A stretch of 64,000 nt of DNA from Microbotryum violaceum (lineage: Eukaryota), in NCBI GenBank assembly GCA_001244265.2, contig CDLV01000008.1, positions 558,001-622,000 of the forward strand, written 5' to 3'. The translations under genes were made by a program, and so were the position numbers. The notes beneath the pieces are model-generated. The model was not told the DNA's origin, searched no databases, and was given only the letters and a program-made list of their open reading frames with translations. Below, piece after piece: positions 42,248-55,301 of this stretch. How positions within the stretch are numbered: the first letter of the stretch is position 1; every line of letters starts with the position of its first letter.

Positions 42248-44279
42248 ATGGCGTCGACGGCTCTTCGGATACCTGTCCTACGCGTTGGAAGTCGGCCTTG
42301 CTCGTGCCCACAATCGGTGCTCGGACAGCAGCCGACGCTCGGGACGTGCCGGAGCAGCCTGGCGGTCCAGCACCACCCCTTTCACCACCGGGCAGCGACC
42401 CCCCAGCTCGCTCGTTCGACCCCGACCCGCGTTGTAGGGTTTACCAAGAATCCGAGCGCTTCGGCTTCTATTCGACGGCACCTCTCAGCATTCCCTCCCA
42501 CCAAACCGGCGCACGTCCAGGGCCCGACCGCGGCCTACGATCATGAAGCCTCGACGGGCTTGATCCAGGATGACCCGCACCAACGCTCGATCGTCGCGCT
42601 CCTGCAGGACATGTACAACCGACTCGAGGCGTACAGGCCACCGACGATCCCACCTCTGCCGCCACCACGCAAGCCGTCGCTGTTGACGCGCATCTCGCGC
42701 TCAAGGTTCTTTGCGACGATGGAGGACGAGCTGCACCAGGCCAACACGGCGACGATCCCTATGCCGCCCGCCCCACCCCGCTTGCCGAAGGGCTTGTACC
42801 TCTTTGGCTCGGTCGGGTGCGGTAAGTCGTTTCTGATGGACCTGTTTTACGCGCACCTGCCGCCCAAGTACGAACACTCGAAACGTAGGGTTCATTTCCA
42901 CGCCTTTATGGTCGACGTCCATCGCCGCGGGCACAAGATCAAGCAGGAAAAGGGCGAGGCCCAGGATTGGATCCATCTCGCAGCTCGCGACATTGCCAAG
43001 GAGACGACCGTGCTTTGTTTCGACGAGTTCCAGGTGCGCGCGAGTCTATCTCGAAAGCCGACCTCTCGTAGGAGAATCAACAACTGACATTTTCCTTCGT
43101 TTCAATCGGGCTCCGACAGGTCACAGATATTGCCGACGCCATGATCCTGCGGCGGCTGATGGAATCGCTGAATGCGTACGGTGTGGTCACAGTCATGACC
43201 TCCAAGTGCGTTTTGGTAGGAGACTATGCGAGGGAAGAGAGCGTCAGCACGCGGGAGCGGTCGAACTGATCGCTGGCGGTGCTCTCTCCCCTCTGTGCCC
43301 AGTCGAACCCCCGATGACCTGTACAAGAATGGGATTCAACGCGAGCAGTTCATACCTTGCATCGAATTGATCAAGTCCTCCTTTGTGGTCAAGTGTCTCG
43401 ACTCGGAGATTGGTAAGTCGCCGTCATCCTCTAGCCCTCGTAATCGTGATCCTCGCTCGCTGACATGCGCTCCTGACCCTGGTCGACGACAGACTACCGC
43501 AAAGTGCCTCGCGCCTTGTCCAAAGTCTACTTTACGCCCATTGACGACGCCCATCGCCTCGAGATCAACAAGCTGTTCGACAGCCTGACCTCGAACGAGC
43601 CCGTGACCTCGGACCGCAAGCTGACGGTCTGGGGCCGACCTATCATCGTACCCGAATCGACGTCATCGGTCGCCAAGTTTGGCTTTAACGACCTGTGCGG
43701 CCAGGCCTTATCGGCATCCGACTATCTGGAGATCACCAAGACGTTTCAGACGATCTTCTTGACCGACGTACCCCAGTTGGGGTTGGACACCAAGGACCAG
43801 GCGCGCCGATTTATCTTATTCATCGACGCGGCCTACGAAGCCAAGGTGGGCATCTCGGTCTTGCCCTTCCTCCGTAGTTCCGGATGCAGGATGCGATGTA
43901 CTGAAGCAGTTCTTTCTGTTCGATTATTTGATGCAGACCAAATTGTTTATTCTGTCCGAAGTGCCGATCGCGACGGTCTTTTCGGATCAAAAGGGGAAGC
44001 GCGCCACCGATGAAATCTCGGACCACCAGCGCGCGCTCATGGACGAGCAGGGCTTGTCAGCCGATGTCGTCGGCGCGAGTTCGATTTTCACGGGCGACGA
44101 GGAGGTGTTTTCTTTCGCGCGGGCTGTGGTGAGTTTGAAAAGACAGTACCGTCAAAGCTTGGTCTCGTCCGGCGATCGACAGCTGACGCGACGCAATACC
44201 CCGTTGCCTACCCGCGCAGAGCCGAATTGCGGAAATGGGGGGTGTACAGTGGGCTCGCATCAGCAAGATCTCGAAGTGA
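42248..44279 (+). CDS. AFG1: AFG1/LACE1-like mitochondrial AAA ATPase
   Basis: PKGLYLFGSVGCGKS (Walker A), RRVHFHAFM, LCFDEFQ|VTDIADAMIL (Walker B), LYKNGIQR and QARRFILFIDAAYE. Spliced. Confidence 0.94.
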
Positions 44280-44544
44280 ATCCGGTCGAGCCGTGCAACG
44301 TAGATCATTCCATGTTGTAAAAAAAACATCACGGTGACCCGTGATCGATCGGCGAAGAGTTGAGAGGGTGAGCTCTTTTAGTAATACTCTGCGAATGCGC
44401 GGTCACCAGCCCTCATGGCCTCATTAGCGCCCGCTAGTGCCCGCCTTGCTCGCCGTATGAATGCTTGATTCGCACCCGTTCCGACCACATACACACACCG
44501 CCTCACACCCGCAACCCCTCTACTCTACCAGCACCACCCTCAAC

Positions 44545-45801
44545 ATGAGCTGTACGTACCTTTGGGCCTGCGTTTGGTCATCGGCGTAGTGTCGAGCCTG
44601 TCTGGGCCCGTTGCTGACTCCGCGTTGACCTCCACCTACTCACCTACTCTCCCTCTCCCTCTCTTGCACACCACAGACAACGGCGTCGGCTTGTCGACCC
44701 CACGTGGAACAGGCACGAACGGCCACATCCAACGCAACTGGTCCCACCTGCGAGCCCGCGACCCTCTGCCCCGCGTGACGGCTCCGGGGCCTTCTCATCG
44801 TCGACTTCGTTCGGCGGCGCTTCGACCGGACTCGCCTCGCGTGCGCCCGATGCGGGCATCCTCGATCACGAACGTCGGCGCAGGGTCGAGGTGCAATGCC
44901 TCGAAGTCCAAGTTCGGCTCGAGGACCAGGAAGCGCCGGTGCTGAGCGAGCAGGAGATCGAGCAACAGGTTGACGCGCTAAGGCAACGCCTGTTGGTGCA
45001 GAGCCAGGAAGCGCAAGGGAAGGAGAGAAAGGGCCTGATCCAGCCCACGAACGACACGAATTGGCGCAGGCCAAGGCTGTTGCGGATGAAAAGTTGCGCA
45101 AGGCGTTGGGGATCAGCAAGGACCATGTGGAGGGGAGGGCGTTCGACCGCGTCGAGCAGGAGCGGTTGAAGGAGGCGCGCAAGGCCGAGTGGGAACGCAA
45201 GGAGGAGGACAAGCGCTCCCGGCAAGAAGAGCGAGTCAAGCACCAGCAAGAACTTGAGAGGCTCAAACAGCAGCACGAGCACGAGAAGAGCCGACTCAAG
45301 AGGGACTATGAGAGGCGGGGTGGGGCACCGCCGGCGGGCACTTCGTCCGAGCTGCCGCTGTCGGCCGCAGCAAGGAGGTCGACCACGGATCGAAAGAGGT
45401 ACAGCCGGAGCCCCGAGGCTCTCGTGCGTCGTCGGAAGGACTCGAGATCGATCAGTCCCCCGCCTCGTCGACGCGGTCGCAGCCCTTCGCGTTCCCCGTC
45501 TCGCTCTCGCTCCCGCTCCCGCTCGTACTCGCGGTCCCGCTCCCCACCACCTCGTCGCGGTGCCGCCGCCGGCTCGTCTGCAAAGGGGAGAGGTCGCTCC
45601 CCGACTCGGTCCGTCTCCCGTTCCCGTTCGCCCATGTCGCGTTCGCCTTCTCCGAGGAGATCCAGGACGGCAGAGGCCATGGGGACCAAGCGGCCCCGAT
45701 CGCCGAGTCGGTCGCGCTCACGTTCGCCGAGGTCGAGGTCGGCTTCAATGTCGACGTCGTCGTCGTCGACGCCACCGAGGTCCAAGGCGAGGGATGACTG
45801 A
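44545..45801 (+). CDS. CWC21: Pre-mRNA splicing factor CWC21 (SRRM2 N-terminal homolog) with an RS tail
   Basis: MS|YNGVGLSTPRGTGTNGHIQRN, ILDHERRRRVEVQCLE and an RS-rich C-terminus. Two apparent single-base frameshifts (~44780-44845, ~45045) are probably assembly errors. Confidence 0.9.
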
Positions 45802-45987
45802 GCTCTTGCAAGGGGCGCGCATGTGTATGAATCAGATCATGGCGTATGAACGTTTAATGCACAGTGGGGAGGGATCGGTTCGTAGGATTCTTTTTTTTCT
45901 TCAGGGGGGCAATGCTTGATCAAGATGATATAGGATCCTCCCCATGTGGTGCCCGTGGGACCGCTCGCTCGGAATACTACAAAAGCT

Positions 45988-47232
45988 TTATTGCTTCAAC
46001 AACTGCTCGATCGTCGTCCGCTTCTCGATCACATCCGCTACAGCGTTCTGCAGGGCGAGGTGAAATGGAGGGAGAGAGGAATTTCCGATTAGTTGCGCTC
46101 CGTGCAAGGTGCTACGAAGCCAATGTCAGATCCGGGCTGACCTTGACCTGCAAGAACTGCTCGAACGCGACGTAGGGTATCTTTTCCCGATCGCAATGCA
46201 CGGACAGGTCGTTCGTATGGCCCGGAACGATCTTGACGAACAAGAGGTCCGCCGCACGCGCAGCCGACAGATCCGAGACGCCGTCGCCGCAAAAGAAAAG
46301 GGTCGGCTTGTGCTCGAGATCGCGGTAAGGGGACGTCGCCCGCGACTTGTCGTGGCCAAAGCCCGATTCGGGGTGACGAAACTTGATGGTCCATTTGCCG
46401 TTGGGGAGGTACTCGACGTCGTTGGCGATAATGTCGATCTTGGCCGCGTCCTCTTTGCCGACGAGATTTTCCATGATGGCGCGGATGATGGGGACCATGC
46501 CGGACGAGACGATGACGACGGGGACGTCATGGGCCTTACACCATTCGAAGAAGGATTTGAAGCCGGCATCGAGCTTGATCCTGTTGCGAAGGTACTCGCG
46601 CGTCTCGTCAAAGGTCTTGTTAGCCGCGACCGAGTCGATCATTTCTCGGAACGCGTCCCTGCACGCCAAAATAAAAAATTGGGAGGACGACATCGTGATC
46701 AGCACAAAGCCCTGCCCTAACGGACCATGCAGATCCCAAGGTTTGACTGACCTAAAGTTCCTGGTGCCGTTGAGAACCTCGAGGTTGATCGCGCGTCGTT
46801 TCTCGAGTCCACAGCCGAGCTGTGGAAAGACGAATTGATCTCGGCCGTCAGCGCTTCAGCACCGGTCCTAGTCGAGCCTGCGGAGTGGACGCCCGGGTGG
46901 ATTCTCCAGGATCTGTACTTACGTTGTCAGTGGCGGCATCGTTCGAGTCCTCACTGTAGACGAATGCAGACAGGATGTGAGCTACCTGCGGTGTGCGGTG
47001 GGTCACTCGGGAGCTGCCAAGTTGCTCTCGCGAACGAAGCCTGGAGGTACGCACGTGGTGATGGTGCCGTCAAAGTCGGTGAAGACGATGTAGGGCGCTT
47101 GAGCGTGGGGAAGCAAGGACGAGGATCTGGGGCAGGAGTGGAGTGGAGTAGGAGTCGGTGTCAGCGGAGTCCGGTTCGGGGTGTGGTGTGCAAATCGGCA
47201 CGTTCGCGTCGAAGGTGGAGGATGACGACATG
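45988..47232 (-). CDS. HAD-superfamily phosphatase (MtnX / yeast YNL010W-like)
   Basis: VFTDFDGTIT (motif I), IVSSGM, FGHDKS and FCGDGVSDLSAA. Spliced; the start codon is uncertain. Confidence 0.88.
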
Positions 47233-47651
47233 GGGTACTTTCCACACTCGATGCGACTTGAAGCGTCGAGAATCTTGAGCGTCCCCGTTGCGAGGCTCGT
47301 GATTGTTACTCACGCGCTCATTTCAAAAGATGCCAGAGATGAGCGAGTGCGGATGGGGTGACGGCAAGTGGTGGAGAGACGAAAAATCACCGAACGCGAA
47401 CGGGCTCATATTCGCGGTTATAGCGCGATCGTACGAGAACGTACGGGGCAGTACGGGGCGGTAGGGGCCTCCTGGGGCAGTGCTGTGTGAGGCCTGGGTC
47501 AGACAGTCGAGCCGGGCGGCGTGGCTTTCTCCTGGGGTCGCCGCTCGCGTCGCACTCGCGTCGCAACCTCAACCTCCGACTCGGCCCCTCCGATCTTTTG
47601 CACACCTTAACGGCCCTCTTGATTGAGTGGTCGTCCGCTGCGGCCCGGACC

Positions 47652-49845
47652 ATGTCGACGACGACGCCTTCCAAGCCGGCGCGAACGACGGCGGCGACGG
47701 CGGCCAGCGCCTTGTCGACGTCGGACACGGTCGTACTGCTGCTGCAACACATATGCCGTACCTTTTACGACACCGAGCAGTCCATCCTCGTCGACTCGAT
47801 CCGTCGCAAGTCCGTGTCAGTCATCGGTCGCGCTCCGAACCTTTCGCTTCTCCTGTCTTTCCCCACTTGGGTCCCGTCGTGTTCCCATTCTTGCCAGCGT
47901 GGACTGACCTTTGCTGCTGTCTCGCTGCATTTGTTCCCTCCAGACTCAGTATCAGGGACGATGAGCTGGCTGGGATGATGTTGATGCAGAAGAAGGACGT
48001 TGCCGCCGTCGCTAAGCGGCTGATTGAAGACCAACTCTTGTCGAGGTGAGCTTCAGAGGGCTGGAGATCATCCCAGAAAGCCCCACCACATGCATTCGCT
48101 ACAGCATTGCCTCTCCCGTCACCTCCCCACGCCTATCAGCTTCATGCGCCGGGAAGCGATCGAAGGCACGACCAAGAGCTTCACCTACAAGCGCAAGACC
48201 GAGGCGATGCTTAAGGGCCAAAAACTCGGCCAAGACGACGGCCCCAAGATGCAGAACAAGACCTACTACTACATCGACCCGTCCAAGACGACCGATAACA
48301 TCAAGTGGAGACTCTACCAGGTCAGAAAGGTTTTGGACGACCAGGACAGGAATGTGCGTACTCGTCGGTCGAGGACAACATTTGGCGGTGCCAGGGGGTA
48401 AAACCCTGACTTTTGTTACTTTCGTTCGCTCGCTCTCTCTTTCCGTGTCACGCCTCCCCCTGCAGGAGCTCGACGCACAAGGCTACTTCTGCCCGCTGTG
48501 CAAGGCCGAGTACACCCACCTCGACGCCGGCGGGTTGCTCGATTTCGCTCGCAACGTCTTGGCGTGCTCGATCTGCGGTACCGAGGTCGTCGACAAGGAG
48601 ACAATCGTCGTGTCCAAGAGCGCTCACGGGAACGTGCAGAAATTTATCGAGCAGACCAAGACCGTGAGCGAGCTGCTGAGGAGCATAGAAGAAGGTGTCT
48701 TGCCGAGGTCAGTCTTCTGGCAGCTTACTCGTGGTGGGTTCCTTTCAAAGTAGACGGTCACCGAGCCCTGATCACTCGTCATGGTCGCCTCGTTCTTCAC
48801 GGTCCCATAGGTTCGACATTGAAGAGTGGTTGGCCGCGAAGGACGCCGATAAGGCTCGCAACGTTACCCACGGCTCCGGTGACAGCCACCGGCTCGCTAA
48901 CGTGAACGTCCAGATCGCCGGCGACGAAGACGAAGAGATAGAGCGCTTGAAGCGCGAGGCTGAAAAGGAGGAAAAGCGACAGCAGAACCAGTTACCAACC
49001 TGGATCGCCAACTCGACCGTCACGGTCGAGGCGAGAGAGGCACCGGTTTACCATCCTGCGCAGTCGGATGACATGAAACCTCGGCTCGGGCTCGATGCAG
49101 CATTGTCGGCGGCAGCGGAAGAAGGCCAGCCGACGCCCACGACGGCAGCAACTGTGGGCGCGGGTGTCGAGGGAGAGTCACATGCAGGGCAGGACCCAGA
49201 AGAAGACGATCTCGACGCGTACTATGCCCGCATGGTCGCTAACAATGTACCGCCACCAGCAGCGACGACCACGAGTGTCGAGCGATCGCCCCTCTTCTCG
49301 CCGCTCGCGACGCCCGCGGCGCTGGAAGGATCTGCGACCCCCGTCGCCGCGACCGACTCTCCGCTCCCGCACGCAGTCAAACGAGCTCGTGAAGACACCG
49401 ATGGTTCCAACATCGCCGATCGCAGTAAAAAGTTCAGGGTCGAAGATGTCGTGAAGGGAGATGCGGATGCGGGCAGAACTGACGATAAAAGTGGAGGTGG
49501 AGGTGACGTTGCTGGTGGCGACGATCACGAGGATGACGACGACGACGATGACTTTGACGAGGTCGAGGACCCTAACCCGCTCATCACCGTCGGCGAACTC
49601 CAGATCGCGTTCGACCAGATCACCGAGGCACACACGGAGGCGATGGTAAGTTCTCAAGCACTGGCTGGGGAATACATGACTTTTGAACCTGACTGACCTC
49701 GTCCCGCGCGGCCGTTTCTCACCAATAAGACGCCGGAGGAATACACGGCAAGTCGAAAGAGCAACCGCTTACTTTCGCAAGTACTGACACCGCGCTTTTG
49801 TACCCTTCTTAGATCTATTTTGACCACTATAGTCGACTCGGTTGA
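47652..49845 (+). CDS. TFA1: Transcription initiation factor TFIIE alpha subunit
   Basis: Winged helix (YYYID...DNIKWRL), zinc ribbon GYFCPLC...CSICGTE, QQNQLPTW and an acidic C-terminus ending M|TPEEYT|IYFDHYSRLG*. Confidence 0.9.
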
Positions 49846-50020
49846 ATTCAGTCACTTTTTCGGCACCTGTTGTAACACAGAGCAGTTCTGCATCGACGGA
49901 CCCATCTGCGAGGCTTGGGAACTCTGCACAGAAACTTGACTTGACTCAATCGTGCTGTGCGATCCACTCGCGAACAAGATGTACTGGCCCATGATGATCG
50001 AAAACGAACGAAATCCCGGA

Positions 50021-50234
50021 CCGCGGCCCCAGAGCGCCCTTACTCCCGTCACCGTCGCGTTCCGTACATCCGATGCGGCACTCGATCACGTCCATCATCC
50101 CTTCCGCTCCGACCGCCAAGCGCACTCGACCCACTCCATCAAATCCAGATCCAAGGCGTGGTATCGGTCGTCGTAGGCGAGAGATGGCCGTGCGCAGGTA
50201 AGCGAGCACACACAAACAGGACATTCACACACAC

Positions 50235-50287
<53 letters not shown>

Positions 50288-50518
50288 GCGCGCGCGCACA
50301 CAACACACGTTCGAAGCAGGGAGGTCCGAACGAAGAGCTACAGATGTGTAGCAACGGGCGTCGAGTTCCAAGTCGCGGTCAGGCAATCAATCACGCGGGC
50401 TCGACGATGGAAGGGAGTCGCAAACAATCCGTAAGAGCCGTGAGTGCAGGCAGGAGCAAAGCGTAGCAGAGCCGTAGCGCCGCCAGCATGCGCCAGCAGG
50501 CTCCAGCAGGCTCCAACA
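50021..50518. repeat. Inverted copy of the 3585-4074 repeat with a (CA)n microsatellite
   Basis: Direct comparison with 3585-4074. Confidence 0.95.
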
Positions 50519-50762
50519 CGCTCCAGCAGGCTTCAGCAAGCGGGGTGCGGCTGTCCTGCGCCTGGGCCAAGCCTGGGGCGGGTCTAGGAATAGAAATCGA
50601 ATTGGCTCAATAACTGAAAATCGCTCTGCAAGTGCTTCTTGCGCTCCACAGCGTTGGTTGCCTCAGCGTTGGTTGCCTCCAAAAAAAAAACAAAAAAAAA
50701 AAGAAATCGAACACGCAGCGCTGCTCCTTTCAAGGCGACTCTGTGGCCCCCGACTTCTTTTT

Positions 50763-53700
50763 GTTTATTTGATAGACTTCATTAACAGCATAATTATATT
50801 GATGCCTAGAAATCTTCGGAAAAGTCGGAGGGAATGCTGTTACGCACACTGACAGAAGCCAGTAGTGTAAGACTCATTGACCCTGAACCAGGATCAACCA
50901 TACCCACTAAAACCCCCTTTGGTGTCTTACAGAGACACTAGGCGACCCTTGGACTCCTGGATAGAGGCTCGAAGCCCCTCGAACTCCGTTTCGGTGATCG
51001 GTTCCAAAAGATCCGACGAGAATCGACGACGGCGACACAGCTTCCAGATCGAGTGAAAGAAGAGGACTCGTAGTTCGACAAGTCGACGTTCCGAGCGAGA
51101 CACGACCGGGCATACAAAGTCCACAAAGACTGGGTGGGGGGTCGGGGACAGAGCAGACCAGAGGCGCCGGGCAAATGGGCAGCCGACCGCGAGGTGAACC
51201 AGGCACTCGGGTGCTTCCGAGAGGCACATCACACAGGAGGTAGATCGATTGTTGGGATGTGGGCTGGTTGGGGAGGTGACTTGGCTTCCCGGATGGAGGG
51301 ACCCCAGGGAGAGAAGGTGGCCGATATCCTCGGCGTCCGAGTGAACCCGGCGAACCTTGCGCAAAGCCTTCCACCAAGCGTTCCAGCGTTGCTCAGGCAA
51401 ATCGAATACCTTCTGGTGTCCCTTGGGGAAGATAAGGGGGAAGATGAAGACTTGGTGGCGTTTGGACGCGTTCACAAACGAAGACGGGGTCATCACCTCG
51501 CCATCGGGCCCTCGAAAAAGCGTCGGGTTTACCGAGAGTTGTATTCCGTGGCCCGCTGGGAGATAGAGTACGTGCGTCGCCCATTGCTCGAGGTTCTGGC
51601 TCTGGAGAGTTCCGGGGGATTGAGCGTGGTCACCGACGCCCAGGCTTCGAAGTATCGGACCCAACGAGCAGGAAGAAGTTTTGTCGTTTTTCTCACCACA
51701 TGGTCCCACTTTGGGGAGGGTGGCAAAATTGTGCCCACCAGATCCAAATCCAAGGGCAACGATGCTGGTTGGGGCCGGTCTGGACAAGGTGAAAGGGGTT
51801 GGTTCGTTTGGTGCCTGGAGGCGGATGCGGATGTCGAAGAGGTGGCGTGTGAAGCAGCCGTCCGGGGCCCGGAGCTGGAAGACCCACTTCGCGTGATCGA
51901 TTGCTAGACGCCGAGGCATATCAATCAAACCGAAGCCGCCGTGATCAAGAGGGGCGCAGAGGTGCGACCGGGAGACCTTCGGACGTCGCTGAGTACCATC
52001 CGAAGCTCGACCGTGAATGGCGAGCATGGCGGCCTCCTCGATCTCCTTGACAACGCTCTTGGGGGCGGGAAGGAATCGGCTGTAGTACAAGATCTTTGTG
52101 TAGCAGTAGATGTTGATGATCGAACACTTGGCTGCATATGGGAGATCGTACATCGGAATTGAGCGTATCCGAGCGATGGTCGAGGCCTTGACATCTTCCC
52201 AGCCCGCATCCTCGGCGATCTCCACCCCGACCTGAATACCAAGGTAGCGAAACTGCGAATCGCTGAGACGCCAGGTCCCGAGATCTGGGGCGATAGACCG
52301 ATCCCGAAAAGCTCCAAGGGGGTAGAGGAAAGATTTGACGTTGCTGAGCTTGCTGGCACTTGCCCGTTCGTAAAGCTCAATCGCCCGATTGAGGTGGTCG
52401 AGGTCCGAGAGGTTGTGGAGTGCGCAGCAAGCGTCGTCGGCAAAAAGGAGTTCGCGAACGTTTTGGAGGCCCGCAATATCGATGCCCTTGACTCTCAATC
52501 GAATCTGACAGGCAAAACCTTCGATCGCCAGGACGAAGAGAGACGGAGCCAAAGGATCACCTTGCCGAACGCCCGACAAGATGTCGAAAGTGGCAGAGAG
52601 CCAACCGTTGAGGAAGACCGATGCAGATTGGTTGGTGTAGGTCGCTCGGTACCATTGGCGGGCTTTGGGGCCGAGGCCAACGGCGCAGAGGACTGCATCA
52701 AGGTACGGGTGGGAAAGACGATCGTAAGCCTTTTCAAAGTCCATCACCGCTAGCATGCCAGAGAGCCCGGAAGTCCAGGGTCCATGAGACATTGGACTTC
52801 AGCGATGTTCGTGCCGATCCAACGGTTCGGAACAAAGCCACGTTGGGTTGGGCCGATCAGGGACTCGAGCAAGGGAGCGAGGCGCTGGTTGTGGGCTTGC
52901 GAGATGATGCGCTCGTCCGCATTGATGAGCGATATGGGGCGTTTGTTCGAAAGCTGATCCCTCTCGCCGCGTTTGTGGATGAGATGGATGTGGGCGGTGT
53001 TGCGGGGAAGAGGTCCAGGCTGACGGGCCTCGGTGGGGATCGAGTTGATGACGTCTCGAAGAATCGGGCCAGTGGCCGGCCACGTAGCGCGATAAAACTC
53101 AACCGGGAGGCCGTCAGGCCCTGGCGAAGAGTTCGACTTACACGCCGCTTGAGCCTTTGTCATCTCCTCCAACGGGTACGCTTCTTCGAGCTTGAGTGAG
53201 TCCGCGGGGAGAGGCGAGTTGAAGCGAGGCCGTCGATGATCGCCTTCAGGGCCGCGTCATCGATGGGGCGGTCCTCATAGACCCGCTCGAAGTAGTCGCT
53301 GGCCGCTCCAAGCATCGAATCAGGGTCGGAATCAGGGTCGGAATGAACAACATCGTTGACCGTGAGCGAAGAGATCAGGTCGGATGCTCGCACTTTGCGC
53401 AGGCGGATGAAGATGGAAGAGGGACCCGCCAGAGATGGGTCGAGGCGGGACCGCAGGGCCGCGCCGTAGCGCGAGTGGTCAGCCCTCTCTTGCTCCGACC
53501 CGCCACGACGGAATCGAGCGAAAGTCCGGGCCAGAGCCTGCAGCTCGGGCAGCAGGCGGTGTTTGGTGGACGTCCAAGCTGCTGGTGGATCGTTGGGCGT
53601 CTGGAGGAGGGCTTTGTTGTAAAGGGTGCGGACAATGGAGGTGAGGTACTCGCAGGTCGCGTCGCCCTCGATCACGTACAAACCCAGCTTGAATTTGCCC

Positions 53701-55092
53701 GGACCGATGTCGATTGCGCCCGGCACTTGGAACCGTGCCACAACCATTGAGTGCGTCGATTTGAGGACAGGAGCCCAAATTTTGTGATCATGGAAGAGGT
53801 CGACCCAATCAGGCGAGACATAGATGCGGTCAAGGCGACGGCACGTGCCGGGCGCTGAGCGATTCGTCGTGGCTCGTCCTTTGGGATGATGGAGCCGATA
53901 GGCGTCGAAAAGATTGTTGGCCGTGGCAAGGTCGCGCATCTCCTGACCCCCATAATTCGTTCCGTTTTGGTTCTCCGAATCGAGGGGCTGGGACTCAACA
54001 CAATTCCAGTCCCCCCGACTAGGAGCGCAGGCGGCGAGGGTTCGTCACGTACAACTTGTCGGAGGGCGGTGCTGAGGTGTGAGAGGAAGCGTTTTTTGTC
54101 TGGCTTGTCGGAGGAAGGCGCGTATATTGGTACAACCCGGACTTTTGAATCACCCACACAAAAGGTGGCGTCGGTGACTCGGTCCGGGAAAGAGAAAGAG
54201 GCACGAAGAGTGTTTGGAGGCGACTCGGGATCAAAAGTAATGACCACGGAGTCGCTCTTCCAAAGTATGGCAGTGTTGTTGAAAGGAGTGAAAAGAGCGG
54301 AGAGCTTTAAGTCTTGGCACTCCTGAGTCCACTGGGCCACCCTTTCGGGGGAAGGTTGGCCAGTTTCGCTCAGGAGAAAGACGTCGGCGTTATGGGAGCG
54401 GAGATTGGAGAAAAGAGAGGCACGCTTACGGTCTTCATTGATTGACTGCACGTTGGCAGCAACAAAAGACACGTTTGGGATTTTAGTTGTGCTCATCATC
54501 TTGGTCCATAGCGTCTTCCACGTCCTTAGGAGGTGCTTCTTGGTCTTCGGCTTCTTCGTCGGCCTCGTCGTCGGTGTCGGCGTCATCGGGTCGGGCTTTG
54601 GGCGCGGCTGAGGGCAACGGCGTGGGCGAAGACGGCTCGGGCTCGGCTCGGAGGCTTCGAGGGCAGGCGCAGTGGGAGGGGCTTCACGAGTGGCTGGCTT
54701 GGAGAGGGCGGCAATCGACTTGGATCGAGTTATGATCGACTTTGGCGTGGCCGGAGGAGGGCTTGGGGATGGAGAGGTGGTCTCTGAGCTGGGGGACTCG
54801 GAGGATTTTTCAACGAGGGAGTAGGCAATTCCCTGATTGGAGGCAGGCTGGGGGCAGGAGGAGTGGCAGTTTTGCAAGGGAAATTGAAGGAGAACTCGGG
54901 GCGGGCATTCTTCGACAGAGAATCGGGCTGAGCTCTGTTGGGCAGATCTTCAGTCTGGGCTGCCAGATCCTGTTCCACTCGACGTTTTTTGGTCATGCGG
55001 TCGTGGGCGGAGGCCGGGGAGATCGACTTGGACACGGCGGCGGGGGCGGCGGTGGTAGCGGTGGAGGCTTGCGGGGCACGTGACGTGGGGGG
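50763..55092 (-). mobile_element. 3' part of an L1-clade LINE (ORF1 tail, APE endonuclease, RT, zinc-finger C-terminus, 3' UTR), starting at a C6 run
   Basis: Near-identical reverse complement of 56237-60570. Contains NVQSIN, LSET, RLDRIY, DFEKAYD, GVRQGDPLAP and FADD. Confidence 0.97.
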
Positions 55093-55162
55093 AGGTTTGA
55101 AGAGACAGCTCTGCGGGCGACTGCACAAGTACTCCCTAACAATAGGTCAATCTCATTAGCAA

Positions 55163-55301
55163 GTTGCCCTAGTCCTCGGGCCATCCAGCAACCCGGGTTG
55201 CATGGGGGGGCAACATGTATGGCTACGTCGCGCGGAAGCGAGGGTCGGAGGCGCGCGGCGTGCGCCACTTTTTAGCGTGCTTATATATATAGCCAGAGGT
55301 G
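55163..55301 (-). repeat. Right terminal inverted repeat of the KDZ element
   Basis: Reverse complement of 30374-30511. It is followed by CAC and then CTGGGCTTTC. Confidence 0.92.

Noticed and set aside
44770..45060. Frameshifts in CWC21 suggesting pseudogenised cargo
   Set aside because: At ~45045 one extra C in a C-run restores QPHERHELA. Single-base homopolymer indels also distinguish the two LINE arms, so assembly error is more likely. Raw reads are needed to confirm.
45254..45919. Overlapping and antisense ORFs over the RS region and other GC-rich genes
   Set aside because: Shadow frames of GC-rich, low-complexity coding sequence with no motifs.
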